This document shows, one piece after another, positions 43,670-57,223 of a DNA stretch of 64,000 bases. Within the stretch, counting starts at the first letter, position 1. Each line of letters starts with the position of its first letter. Both the position numbers and the translations under genes were made by a program. The notes beneath the pieces were generated by a model. It did no database searches and was not told where the DNA came from. It saw nothing but the letters and a program-made list of their open reading frames with translations. The DNA is from the human T2T-CHM13v2.0 reference genome, Homo sapiens: the NCBI RefSeq assembly GCF_009914755.1, contig NC_060935.1; one strand, given 5' to 3'.

Positions 43670-45300
43670 CTCTTTTCTTAATTTCAATAGCTTTATAAGT
43701 GGTTTTGTTTACATAAATTTATCCATGTATAATGGTGAAGTCTGGGCTTTTAGGGTACCTATCACTGAATAGTGTACGGTGTACCTGATAGCTGACTTTT
43801 TTATCCCTCATCTACCTCTCACCCTTCCCGCTTCTGAGTCTCCAGTGTCTAGTGTACCAGTCTGCATACTTTTGTGTATCCATAGCTTAGCTCCTACTTA
43901 TAAGTGAAAACATGCAGTATTTGGTTTTTTCTTCCTGAGTTACTTCACTTAGGATAACAGCCTCCAGTTCCATCTAAGTTCCTGCAAGAGATATTATTTA
44001 GTTCTTTTTTATGGCTGAGTAATATTCCATGATATATACACGCCACATTTTCTTTATTGGTTGATGTTCAGTTAGGTTGATTCCATGTGTTTGCAGTTGT
44101 GAATTGTGCTGTGATAAACATACACATGCAAGTTTCTTTTTAATATAATGACTTATTTTCCTTTGGTTAGATGCCCAGTAGTGGGATTGCTGGATTAAAT
44201 GGTAGACCTACTTTTAGTTCTTTGAGAAATCTTCGTATGTTTTCCATAGAGGCTTTACCAATTTATATTCCCACCAATAATGTTTAAGCATTCCCTTTTC
44301 ACCTCATCCACACCAACATCTATTGTTGTGGTTTTAGTTTGCATTTCCATGATGATTAGTGATGTTGAGTATTTTTTATGTTTGTTGGCCATTTGTATAT
44401 CCTCTTTTGAGAAATGTCTATTCATATCATTTGCTCACATTTTAGTGGGATTATTTGGTTTTTCCTTGCTAATTTGTTTGAGTTCCTTGTAGATTCTGGA
44501 TATTAGTCCTTTGTCAAATGTCGAGTTTATAATTTTTTTTATTCTGTAGGTTGTCTATTTGCTCTGTTGATTATTTCTTTTGCTATGCAGAATCATTTCA
44601 GTTTAATTAAGTCCTATTTATTTTTATTTTTGTTGCATTTGCTTTTGGAGTCTTAGACATAAATTCTTTGCCTAGGTCAATGTTCAAAAAAGTTTTTCCT
44701 AGGTTCTTCTAGAATTTTTATGGTTTCAGGTCTTACATTGAATTTTTTAATCCACCTTGAGTTAATTTTTGTATGTGATGAGAGATAGAAATCTGGTTTC
44801 CTTCTTCTGAATGTGGCTGTCCCATTTTCCCAGCACCATGATTGAATAGGTCATCCTTTCCCCAGTGCATGTTTTTTGTTTGTTTTTGTTTTATTTTTGT
44901 CTGTTTTGTCAAAGATCAGTTGGTTGTAGATATTTGTCATTATTTCTAGGTTCTCTATTATCTTCTATTTGTCTATATGTATACTTTTATATCAGTACCA
45001 TGCTATTTTGGTTATTATATCCTTGTAGGATAATTTAAAGTCAGGTAATGTGGTGCCTCCAGCTTTGTTCTTTTTGCTTAGGATTGCTTTAGCTATTTGA
45101 GCTCTTTTTTGTTTCCATATGAATTTTAGGTTTGTTTTTCTAATAGTGTGAAAAATGAGGTTGGTATTTTGATAGGAATTGTACTGAATCTATAGATTGC
45201 TTTGAGTAATATGGTCATTTTCACATTGATTCTTCTAATCCATGAGCATGGCATGTTTTTCTGTTTGTTTCCTATATATTCTTCCAATTTCATTAACTTA
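43670..45300 (-). mobile_element. L1MA/L1PB 3' portion
   Basis: Reverse complement of the L1 3'UTR and ORF2 C-terminus; minus-strand ORF 45126-45332 contains [27 protein letters not shown]. Confidence 0.85.
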
Positions 45301-45301
45301 T

Positions 45302-47662
45302 TGATATGGTTTGGTTCTGTGTCCCCACACAAATCTCATGCCAAATTGTAATTCCCAGTGTTGTGGGAGGTACCTAGTGGGAGGTGATCAGATCATGGGG
45401 ACAGATTTCCCCCTTGCTGTATTTTGTGATAGTGAGTGAGTTTTCATGAGATATGGTTGTTTAAACATACCTAGAACGTCCCCCTTTGCTCTCTCTCTCT
45501 CGCTCCCTTGCTTGCTTCCCCTTCACCTTCTGCCACTATTGTAAGTTTCCTGAGGCCTTCCACCCATGCTTCTGGTACAGCCTACAGAACTGTGGGTCAA
45601 TTAAACCTCTTTTCTTCATAAATTACCCAGTCTCAGGTAGTTCTTTATAGCAATGTGAGAATGGACTAATATAGAAAATTGGTACTACCAGAGAAGTGGG
45701 GCATTGCTACAAAGATACCTGAAAAAGTGGAAGCAACTTTGGAACTAGGTAATAGTCAAAGATTCTAACAGATACAGGGCTCAGAAGAAGACAGGAAGAT
45801 GTGGGAAAATTTGGAACTTCCTAGAGGTTTGTGAATGGTTTGGACCAAAATGCTGATAGTGATATGGAAAGAGATGGCCAAGCTAATGAAGTATCAGATG
45901 GAGATAAGGAACTTATTGGGAACTAAAGTAAAGGTCACTCTTCCTATGCTTTAGCAAAGAAAGTGGTAGCATTGTGCCCCCATTCTAGAGATCTGTGGAA
46001 CTTTGAACTTGAGATGGTTTAGGGTACCTGGCAGAAAAATTCTAAGCACCAAAGCATTTAACATGTAGCCTGGCTGCTTCTAAAAGCCTATGCTCATTTG
46101 CATAAACAAATAAATGACTGGAAAATAAAACTTATATTAAAAAGGGAAGCAGAGCATAAAAGCTTGGGAAATTTGCAGCCCAACTATGTGGTAGAAAAGA
46201 AAAAAAAACATTTTCTGGGGAGGAATTCAAGGCTGCAGAAATTTGCATAAGTAAAGAAAAGCCAAATGTTAATAGCCAAGATAATGGAGAAAATGACTCC
46301 ATGGCACTTCAGAGACCTTTGCGGCAGCACCTCTCATCACAGGCCTGGAGGCCTAAGAGGAAAAAAATTGTTTCATGGGCCAGGCCCAAAGCCTTCCTGC
46401 TGTGTGCAGCCTCAGAACATGGCACCCTGCCTCCCAGCCTCTCCAGCTCTAGTCATGGCTAAAAGGGGCCAAAGTACAGATGAGGCCATTGATTCAGAGG
46501 GTGCAAGGCCCAAGCTTCCACATGGTGTTGGGCCTACAGGTGTACAGAAGGTAAAAGTTGAGGTTTGGGAGACTCTGTCTAGATTTCAAAGGATGTATGG
46601 AAATGTCTTGATGTCCAGGCAGACATCTGCTGCAGTTCTCATTGGGGAACCTCTACTAGGGCAGTGCAAAGGGGAAATGTGGAGTGAGAGCCCCCACACA
46701 GAATCCTCACTGAAGCACTGCCTACTGGAACTGTGAGAAAAGGGCCACCATCCTCCGGACCCCAGAATGATAGATCTACCCACTGCTTGCCCCATGTACC
46801 TGGAAAAGCTGCAGGCACTCAATGTTAGCCTATGAAAGCAGCCACAGGGACTGTACCCTGCAGAGCCACAGGGATGGAGCTGCCCAAGGCCTTGAGAGCC
46901 CAACTTCTTTTTCATCAGTGTGGCCTGGATGTGAGACATGTAGTCAAAGGAGATTACTTTGGAGCTTTAGGATTTAATGACTACCCAGGTGGGTTTCGGA
47001 CTTGCATGGGGCTTGTAGCCCCTTTGTCTTGGCCAATTTCTCCCTTTTGGAATGGGGACATTTGCTTGCCCAATGCTTATACCCCCATTGTATCTTGGAG
47101 GTAACTAACTTGTTTTTGGCTTTATAGGCACACAGGAGGAAAGGACTTGCCTTGTCTCAGATTAGACTTTGGACTTGGACTTTTGAGTTAATGCTAGAAT
47201 TAGTTAGGATTTGGGGGGACTGTTGGAAGGCATGATTGTGTTTTGAAATGTGATAAGGTTGTTAAATTTGGGAGGGGCTGGGGCATAATTACATGGTTTG
47301 GCTCTGTGTCCCCACACAAATCTCATGTTGAATTGTAATTTTCAATGTTGTGGGAGGGAACTGGTTGGGGGTGATTGGATTATGGGGGTGGATTTCCACC
47401 TTGCTATTCTCATGATAGTAAGTCCTCATGAGATTGGGTTGTTTAAACATGTGTAGCACTTTCCCCTTCACTGTGTTTCCTGTTCCACCATAGTAAGATG
47501 TGCTTGCTTCCCCTTCACTTTCCACCATGATTGTAAGCTTCCTGAGGGCCCCCAGCCATGCTTCCTGTACAGCCTGCAGAACTATGAGTCAATTAAATCT
47601 CTTCTTCATAAATTTCCTGGTCTCAGGTAGTTCCTTATAGCAGCAGTATGAGAACTAATACA
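45302..47662 (+). mobile_element. MSTA/THE1-type MaLR provirus with both LTRs
   Basis: 5' LTR 45302-45673 (TGATATGGTTTGG.TCTGTGTCCCCAC...ACTAATATA), ~1.6-kb MaLR internal region, 3' LTR ~47289-47662 ending ACTAATACA. Confidence 0.9.
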
Positions 47663-47774
47663 TCTATATTCCACAAATTTTCCTTTAATCTCAGAAAATT
47701 ACACCTCCTACTTGTCAGGAAAATAGGAACCAAAACAGAATCTCTCAACCTTAAGTTTCTTTATCAATAATGAT

Positions 47775-48910
47775 ATGAAGATTCTCACCAGACAACTCTT
47801 GTCCCTCTACAGAAGCATCAGTTTGAACTATCTACATTCAAAAATACCTTCACAAGAGCTAAGGAAACCAGCTGAGATATTATAGCACCTGGGTGTAGCA
47901 CAGAAATAAGAAAAGATGCATTGAAGAGGGTAGGAAGGATGATTTTACATTACCTGTGTCACCACCTGTGTTCCCCACAACCCCAGGCAGCATGGCATAG
48001 AGAGAAATAGCCTCTGCATGAAGGAAGGAGAGGGAAATGAACACTGGACTTTGCCTCAGGCTCTAATATCAGAATAGCCCCAGTAAAATTCAGCACTGGC
48101 CAGTACCCCATGGTCCCAGGTTCCAGGAGTCCCTTGCTGACTTGGTCTCTGGACCCACAACTTTGCCAGGCCAACTCCAGTGGCTCCAGGTTTCAAGCCT
48201 ACCCCAGTGTGAGGCAGGCCCCATAGCCCTAGTCATAAGGTCCATATCCACAGATCCAGACTCCAAGCTGACTCTCAGGTCCAGGCTCCCAGCTTGCCTA
48301 GTACCAGGCCAGCCCCTGTGACCCCAGTTTCCAGCTCTGCACCAGGTTCCAGACCAGCTCAGAGCAAGGTTGGCCTACACAGCACCAGGCTTCAGGCCCA
48401 CTCCAGCATCAGGTCAGCACCCCTGGCCTCAGGTACCAGGCTAGCACTCACAGACACAGGATCCAGGCTTATGCAGTATGAGACTGGTCCCTGTGGCCCC
48501 ACCCACCAGGCCAACCCCAGCATTCCTACTTTTTAGCAGACCTAGGACTCAGGGCTTCTTGAATACCCAGGGTCCAGGCCCATCCCAATAAACCCCAGCA
48601 CTAGGCCTACCCTGCTGGACCCAGGCTCTAGGAATGCTACTGTGGACCTACGTTTCAGGCCAGCATCTGAGGCCCCAGGACCCATCCATCCATCGTGAAC
48701 TCAATTCCTAGACTAGCACTTATACACCCAGTCTCCAGTCTGGCCCCTGAAGACCCAAGTTTTAAGCATATCCCCACAGCTCCATATTCCAGAACCCTAT
48801 GATTCCAGGGACCAGGCCAGCCCCTGCAATCTCAGACTCCAGACTGGTCTTTGTAGACCCAGGGTCCATTCCTGCCCCAGCACCAGGCTAGTTCCAGGCT
48901 CTAGGCCAAT
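47775..48910 (+). mobile_element. L1M2/L1M3-type 5' region with CCAGG-rich degenerate repeats
   Basis: AAAAATACCTTCACAAGAGCTAAGGAAACCAG...GCATTGAAGAGGGTAGGAAGGA followed by ~800 bp of GC-rich CCAGG/CCCAG iterations. Confidence 0.55.
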
Positions 48911-51900
48911 GAGTAAGGCCCCCATTCCATTGAGAATAGAGGAAGGTTTTGTTTTCTGGTCCTGGACTTTGGGAGTGTGTCAGTTTGTTTTGAAACCAAA
49001 AGTTGAGAGCAGAAAAGGTGATTCCATGCAAAATTGCTGTCAGTTCCTCATCACCTCACAAGCTGAAGGAGAGAAGATAGCAGTGGAGCCTTCTTCTAGA
49101 ATGTCTCTATTCTCCACCTCTGGATGTCATCATACGTAAGTGCTTGGCTGAATGTGATTGATTCTCAATGGCAATGTGGGAAAGCGTGACACCTACTCCA
49201 AGTCACACCATTCTCTCTTTGTGGGGTAGAAAGAAAAGATATATACTCTTGAATTCATCATGAGAACATGTCATCTAGGTAATCATCCTACAGGAAGTTG
49301 ATATCTCTGTCAGTTTAAATGACCCAATCTTTGGTAGTTGGAAATCCTGCCATGTAAGTCCCCTCAGTCAGCCATTAATAAAAATCTCACAATCTCCCAG
49401 AGTAATCTGACGCATGACCTTGAATACTGGTATTCCCCATTCTTCAGAGCAACCATACCATTTAGACCAGACAAGGGTTCAGAAAAAAATTTATTCTCTG
49501 AACTCTGACCTTTGCCTAAAACCATGCCATATCCTAGGCTCAACAATGCCACAGTTAGCAAAACAGCCCTACAGTGAAGGTTTCCAAATCTTATCCTAAA
49601 CAATAGCCACAGACATATCTTTAACCCAAGTTCAACTGCATTTCTAAAACTAGCCACTAATGACGTTTGTGAGTGCCAAGTGAGAGTGAATGAAGGACCT
49701 GACTATTGCTTTGCCAAACATTCCAACAAGGCCAATTGCTAATCCTCTGGATACTTGAAAGGTCAATGCATTGCCAAATCCTGCAGTCTGTGATAGTCTA
49801 TTTAAATATTTCTCTAGAGCCAATGAAGAAAGAATTACAAAGAAGGACCTGTGAGCAAATGACAGCAGCAGAGACAGGATGCAAAATGATGAAGATTTGT
49901 TTGGGAAACACCACTCCTGAGCTTAGTGGGTTTCTAGGAAAACAGAGTTGAAGGAGAACTTGAATCATAAATAAAAGGAATTCTTTCACCACATTTTTCA
50001 GGGACTCAAGGAAACAAAATTTCATCAGAATAGATTTGAGAAAACAATATCCAATCAAGTGGATTTGATTTACTTATTCATTTTATAGTTGCATTTTCCA
50101 AATTTGAAGAATTTTGCATTATTCCTAGTTTTTAATCTGGATTGAATAGAGTCCTAAGAGATCTGAAAAATAGATATATTTTGAAGATTGGCTTATACAT
50201 TCATAGGAAACCCAGAAAGTGAGTAGACACTCAATCCTAGAGATACTGAAGTTTCCTAACTGAAACATCTTGTTTTCTTAGTAAATTCAGACTGACAATG
50301 GAAAGCAAAATAAACTAAAATGTCAGAATTGGGAGAGCCATCTAGGGAATTCCAATATCCCACTTGTCAGCTCATAGAATCTATTTGTGGCCATGTTCCA
50401 TGCCTGCAGGAGAAGAAAGCAGTGACTGCACTCAATCTAAAATTGGAGGAATCCACAATCAACTAGATCCGGGTCAGTGAAAACTATACTTTTTCTCCTA
50501 AATTTTGAGCAGATTAACTTGTTTTAGCCAATTTGTTTTCAGTGAAGTAGTTTTTGTCATTCCGTACTTGACTTAAAGTTGAGTATTTTTCTCTGAAAAT
50601 GAATTTGGACACACTGACATAAAAATATCAATAGAAAAGCCTATGCATAATGTTGCCAGACCAGATGCTGCTAAAAACTTACTGAAGTCACTTTTAAAAC
50701 ATCATGGTTAACATTTATGTCTCACTGAATACACTGATTCTGTAGATTTCTGTTTGTCATGCTTGAAATGTTTTTCCCCTTTTCGTGACTTCCCATATTG
50801 CTACATTGAAGTTAGAATTTGTGAATTAAATCCATTAAGGATGATTAACCATATAATCACCATCTACAGAAGCCATGAATAAAGAGAAAGCAACTTAGCA
50901 ACTGAGTTTTCCTGAAAACCAAAGATATTTTTACTCACCTTTAATGAAGCTCAGAGGTCATGACGCTGACTGATTTCTGTTTCTAGAAATTTTTGAGGAA
51001 AACTATGTGGTTACATTTTTGCCAGGGGTTAGGGAAAGAAGGAGAAAAGGGGGAGGAGAAGAAATAAAATATCTTATGCTCTTTTGTAACAATATGTACT
51101 TACTCTTGAAACTCTTTGTCTAGATTATTCAAAAATATCTACATTCTTATAATACTGAATGTTTTCCATTAGCAATACAAATTTCCAGTTGTTTACCAGT
51201 TAGCAATGAAAACTACAAGTTCATCTTAATTGACTGAACTTATGCCAAAAGAGAAAATTGCATTATCTCAGGTGACCCAGACATTTCTGTCTTGCCGATA
51301 GAAAACTCAGGGAAAACATCATGACTCATTTAATTCCATTTGTAAGATGTGAGTGGGGAAGTATATCTAATCTGGTGTATAATTCTGTATGTGATAAAAG
51401 TTCAACCGTGAGGGAAATGTATTTATGAAATATCATTAAATATTATAACTTTGCACCATTTATATAGCCACAATTAAAGATGCAGAAAGAGTGAGCATGA
51501 AAAAAAGGGTCATTTAGAGATAGATGCAACATTCAGGGATGTTGAATGAATTATCCTCAATGAGCTGTTATTGTGATAGTTACCCAGCATTCTGAAAGAA
51601 GAATATCTCCATTTGCAGCTCTGTCTCAATCTGTGTACATGTGCATTTACATGACAGAAAAGGACAATAGATCACAGAACACAGCTGGCTTAGAATTAGT
51701 AAGGCTTTGCACTTTAGTATCAAATATGCATATTAGTATCTAATACACATACTGGGTTCATATACCTATAAATAACCATAACAAGAGAAAATATAATTTC
51801 AAAACAATTGTTATTGATAAGATTTGTCCTCCCCCAAAATGAAAGAAAGCCATATGTGAAATTTTAGAGCCAGAAAGGAAGTTTGGAAGTCAACATTTAT

Positions 51901-52107
51901 GACAAGATCTTGTTTGTGGTACTTGTAAGATATTATCACTATTTAATTAATATATGAATTAGGAGAAATCTAATCTTCTGTTCTTCTTTACAACTCTGCA
52001 AAACAGCAGAGGTGAGTGGCAATGTAGCTCCATCACCCCCAAAAACCAGGACTAAAGAGGTGATGAAATATTTTAGTATTGAATTTAAAATATCATCATT
52101 CAGAAAT

Positions 52108-52122
52108 ACTATTTTTTTTCAG
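52108..52122 (+). other. Candidate splice acceptor of the OR coding exon
   Basis: ACTATTTTTTTTCAG|G, 43 nt upstream of the ATG at 52166. Confidence 0.65.
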
Positions 52123-52165
52123 GTGGGCCATATACACACAACCTGAGCTAAATCTATGAAAAAAG

Positions 52166-53086
52166 ATGAACAATGTAACAGAATTCATCCTGCTGGGCCT
52201 CACTCACAATCCAGAACTGCAGAAATTCCTGTTTGTTATGTTTTTAATCACCTACTTGATCACACTGGCAGGTAACCTGCTCATCTCAGTCATCATCTTC
52301 ATCAGCCCAGCCCTGGGTTCCCCCATGTACCTTTTTCTGTCCTATTTATCCATTATAGATATTTTCTACTCTTCTTCCATAGCCCCTAAAATGATCTTTG
52401 ACTTGATCTCTGAAAACAACACCATATCCTTCAATGGCTGCATGACTCAGCTCTTCACAGAACATTTCTTTGCGGCAGCTGAGACCATCTTATTAAGTGT
52501 CATGGCCTACGACTGCTATGTGGCCATCTGTAAGCCCTTGCACTATGCAACCATCATGACCCAATCTATGTGTGGATTCCTGATGGTGGTGGCTGGAATT
52601 CTGGGATTTGTGCATGGAGGAATCCAGACTTTGTTCATAGCCCAGTTACCATTCTGTGGCCCCAATGTCATCGACCACTTTATGTGTGATTTAGTACCTC
52701 TTCTGGAGCTGGCCTGCACAGACACTCACACTTTAGGGCCTCTGATTGCTGCCAACAGTGGGTCACTGTGTTTCCTCATTTTTTCCATACTGGATGCTTC
52801 CTATGTCATCATCTTGTGCTCCCTAAGGTCTCATAGCTCTGAAGGGCATCTCAAAGCTCTGTCTAGTTGTGCCTCTCATATCTTCACTGTCATCTTATTC
52901 TTTGTCCCTTGTTCATACCTGTATCTAAGACCTCTAACCTCCTTCCCCACTGACAAAGCTGTGACTGTGTTTTGCACCCTATTTACACCTATGTTGAACC
53001 CTTTAATCTACACTGTCAAAAATAAAGCAGTGAAAAATGTCATTAAGAAGCTCTGGAAGCAAATAATGACAACTGATGATAAATAA
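52166..53086 (+). CDS. OR4C45: Olfactory receptor family 4 subfamily C, intact 306-aa ORF
   Basis: [55 protein letters not shown] motifs; N-terminus [20 protein letters not shown] and C-terminus KQIMTTDDK recalled as OR4C45. The OR call is certain; the symbol is less so because close paralogues exist. Confidence 0.85.
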   Translation: MNNVTEFILLGLTHNPELQKFLFVMFLITYLITLAGNLLISVIIFISPALGSPMYLFLSYLSIIDIFYSSSIAPKMIFDLISENNTISFNGCMTQLFTEHFFAAAETILLSVMAYDCYVAICKPLHYATIMTQSMCGFLMVVAGILGFVHGGIQTLFIAQLPFCGPNVIDHFMCDLVPLLELACTDTHTLGPLIAANSGSLCFLIFSILDASYVIILCSLRSHSSEGHLKALSSCASHIFTVILFFVPCSYLYLRPLTSFPTDKAVTVFCTLFTPMLNPLIYTVKNKAVKNVIKKLWKQIMTTDDK

Positions 53087-53682
53087 GTCTGGTGACACAA
53101 ACATTTAGGCAAGAATATCTGGTGATATTTTATAGAGATTTATTCTATTTCTTGATTGATTAAACTTGGGACAGTCAATTATCTTATCCTGTCTCCATCA
53201 ATTTTTATTAGGAGGACATATATTAGGCTAGGCTGACATATTTATTAAGGCACAGTAGTGCCAACAGCCCATGATACTTTTAGGAGCCGCTGAAATGCTT
53301 AATGCTTAATTTCTTTAAAAGAAGAAGAAGAAAATGAATATAATCTAAGTACAACTGTATTATATTTATCTTTATGCCAATACACTCATAAAATATAATT
53401 TTTAATACTTTTTATGGAGGAAAGAACTCACAAGGGCAAAAGTTTCAAGGGCTCACAAAATTTATATTGTTGCCTGCTTGTGGGTATGAAACAGATTAAC
53501 AGCTACATTCTTGACACCTTTCATACTCAGCACTACAGCTAGAATGAAGTTTTATTTTACAAGAGGACAAACAACTATACATGAAAGGGCTAAAAACAAC
53601 ATTTTCATGAAAACTTACTTTTAAAAAATTATATCTCCATTCTCTATAGTATACAATTCTCTACAAAAATAATTGAAAGTAT

Positions 53683-53976
<294 letters not shown>

Positions 53977-54259
53977 AGAATTGAAAGTATTATTGGCTGG
54001 AGCAAAAGAAATATAATTGATAAATGTAACTGATAAAAATAAAGTTAAGGCAAAAAATATCTATACATTAAAATCTGGTTTTACATGCCAGCAAAGGAAA
54101 AGAAAGCACTGAAAACAAAACAGCTGAAAAGGAAATTACCAGAGATGTAGAAATAAGTTTGTATCATGAAACTGGATGACAGTGATCATAAATGTAGATT
54201 ATAGAAAAGAATCCATATCAAGAATGTAATGAAATGCTAAAAGATTCAGATATAGTCAG

Positions 54260-54440
54260 ATGCTTTGAAGTTAGGGATTAAGAGCCCTGGGTCAAACAGA
54301 CTTGATTTCTCATCTGGTCTCCAGAATTAATTAGCCTTATAAATGTAAGCAAATTGTTTCACCTCTCAACCTGTTCCTTCATCAGTAAAAGGGAAATAAC
54401 ATTACATGTTTTTTTTTCAGTAATGATAATTAAATGATTT
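54260..54440 (+). mobile_element. MIR SINE
   Basis: TTAAGAGCCCTGGGTCAAACAGACTTG...GCAAATTGTTTCACCTCTC..CCTGTTCCTTCATCAGTAAAAGGG. Confidence 0.65.
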
Positions 54441-54645
54441 AAAGTGAAACCATGAGTCAGCTGAAAAGTCATAAAAATTGGTCCAACACTGAATACCCTT
54501 CAGGGATGGCACCGGAGTCTAAGGTATGCAGCAGACTGCGGTTCCAGACAAACGATAACAAGTACATCACCACTCTTCTTCAGTCCCCACAGGCATAGCA
54601 GGATTCAATGTCTGTGTCAGACCACTGCATTTCAAAATCTAGCAT

Positions 54646-55045
<400 letters not shown>

Positions 55046-55513
55046 TTAAAGTCTATCCCATCACTTATTTTCTCTTCTGAGATGAAAATACTCTTCAATG
55101 TCTCTGTAGTTAAAATGAGGGAGCTGGTGGGGGCCACTGTGAGATGCCTGAGCAGAACTAAGTTTAAAAGCTCTGATGAATGACAGATCCCATCCTGTTC
55201 TGGTCCTCTGAAAGAAGGAGAAAGGAGAGTCAGTGCCAAGGACCAAAAGATCTGTCTGTACTTAGCTTGTGGTTCCTGTGGGAGAACTCAGAAACATGTT
55301 TTTAGGAGGACATTTCTAACCCATGGAGCTGCACATCACTGGATGCAGACATTTTCTGTGTTCTCGGGACCTTGTATCAGGTCACATCTTGCATGCAATG
55401 CCTTTTTAAAAATAAATGCATTTTCATAATTTCTTATGAGTGCCTATTTTGTAAATACATGCAAACAACACTGTTTTTAAAAATAAAATTTATCCTTTAA
55501 AAATGTAGTTGTA

Positions 55514-56021
55514 TACCATTTGACCCAGCAATCCCATTACTGGATATATAACCAAAGGATTATAAATCATTCTACTATAAAGACACATGCACATGTATGT
55601 TTACTGCAGCACTATTTCCAACAGCAAAGACTTGGAGCCAACCCAAATGCCCATCAATGATAGACTGGATAAAGAAAATGTGGCACATATACACCATGGA
55701 ATACTATGCAGCCATGAAAAAGGATGAGTTCAGGTCCTTTGCAGGGAAATGGATGAAGCTGGAAACCATCATTCTCAGCAAACTAACACAGGAACAGAAA
55801 ACCAAACACTGCATGTTCTCACTCTTAAGTGGGAGTTGAACAATGAGAACACATAGACACAGGGAGAGGAACATCACACACTGGGGCCTGTTGTGGGGTT
55901 GGGGGCTAGGGGAGGGATAGATGAGTTGATGAGTGCAGCAAACCACCATGGCACGTGTATACCTATGTAACAAATCTGCACTTTCTGCACATGTACCGTA
56001 GAACTTAAAGTATAACTTTTA
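55514..56021 (+). mobile_element. 5'-truncated L1PA (about PA6-8) 3' end
   Basis: ORF2 C-terminus (MFTAALF..AKTW.QPKCP) and 3'UTR; TSD AAAAATGTAGTTGTA at 55499-55513 and 56022-56036. Confidence 0.9.
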
Positions 56022-56287
56022 AAAAATGTAGTTGTAATTCCCAAGAAAAACAGAATGAGAAATAGGATAATACAAAAATAAGAATAATGATGACAATTGT
56101 GATAATGATTATAACTAATTTCTATTAAGCACTTTCTGTGAATGAAGTCCTGACCTAAGCACTCACTTTGTATGTTTTGTATGTATTGGAAGCAGTGAAT
56201 TTCTTTTTTTAACATTTTATCTGACAGATAAAATTACATATATTTATCATGTACAACATGATGTTTTGAAATATGTATACATTCTGG

Positions 56288-56823
56288 AATTCAGGTGGAT
56301 CATCAGGACTTGTTTTCCAAGCACCAGTCACAACCCCACTGGTCAAAGCAGGATGCAGTAAAGAAACTGGCTGAAATCAGCTAAAACCAAGATGGCAATG
56401 AAAGTGACTTCTAGTCATCCTCATTGCTCATTATACTCTAACTATAATGCATTGGCATGCTAAAAGACACTCCCAACAGTTCCCTGACAGTTTACAAATG
56501 CCATGGCAATGCCCAGAAGTTACCTTATACGGTTTAAAATGGGAGAAACCCTAGTTTCTGGAAACTCTCCACCTCTTTTCCAGAAAATTCATGAATAACC
56601 ACCCACTACTTACCATAGTTAAGGAGTAGCTATAAATATAACTAGCCAGCAAGCAAGCAGAGCTACTCTGCCTATGGAAAAGCCTTGCTCTGTCTATGGA
56701 GCAGTCATTTCCTTATACTTTGTTGCTCTAATAAATTTACTTTCAGTTTGCTCTGAATCCTTTCTGGCACAAAGCCAAGAAACTTCACAGGCTGAGCCAC
56801 AGTTTTCAGGTTCATCTGCATCA
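56288..56823 (+). mobile_element. MER41-family LTR (5' LTR of the downstream provirus; 5' boundary approximate)
   Basis: AAAACCAAGATGGC..AAAGTGAC..TATAATGCATT.GCATGCTAAAAGACACTCCC..GACAGTTTACAAATGCCATGGCAA core; TATAAATA; AATAAA; ends ...CTGCATCA; followed by a tRNA-Arg-like PBS TGGTGAGTACGAAGGGAC at 56831-56848. Confidence 0.75.
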
Positions 56824-57223
56824 TCTTTCCTGGTGAGTACGAAGGGACCAATAACATGAAGGGACTAACAAGCTGAAGGGATCTGTGGGAGACAATTACC
56901 TGAACCCCAAATTAAGACCAATTGGCACCATTTGGCCTTCATGGATGGGAGAGCGTCCCCTTCGGTCACCCTCCTATTCGGACAATTATTTCTATTCGGG
57001 CCTTGTTTGTTTCTTTTGTTATTTTGAGAGGTTCCCCATGGCACTCTGGATTTTTTTACATTCCCTCTAGGGTTGTGGGTTAGAGTCCCACCCTAGGGGC
57101 AATCTTGGTCTTTGTCATACCACCATTTTCAGCGACCTCCTCTAGTCCCTCTTTTTCCTCAACCAAAATGCTTTCTTCCCTTTTTGTGGAATTCAGACTA
57201 TGAGAATCCTGTCACCCTATTTT

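Noticed and set aside
46266-47104. 156-aa, 117-aa and 90-aa ORFs
   Set aside because: MaLR internal sequence; common repeat-derived frames
48100-48910. GC-rich CCAGG-iterated tract as a novel repeat array or CpG island
   Set aside because: CpG-poor and contiguous with an old L1 5' end, whose UTRs carry such degenerate repeats
48910-50060. Unique-looking stretch with several 60-97-aa ORFs (possible processed pseudogene)
   Set aside because: No recognisable protein motif, poly(A) or TSD; cannot be supported without a homology search
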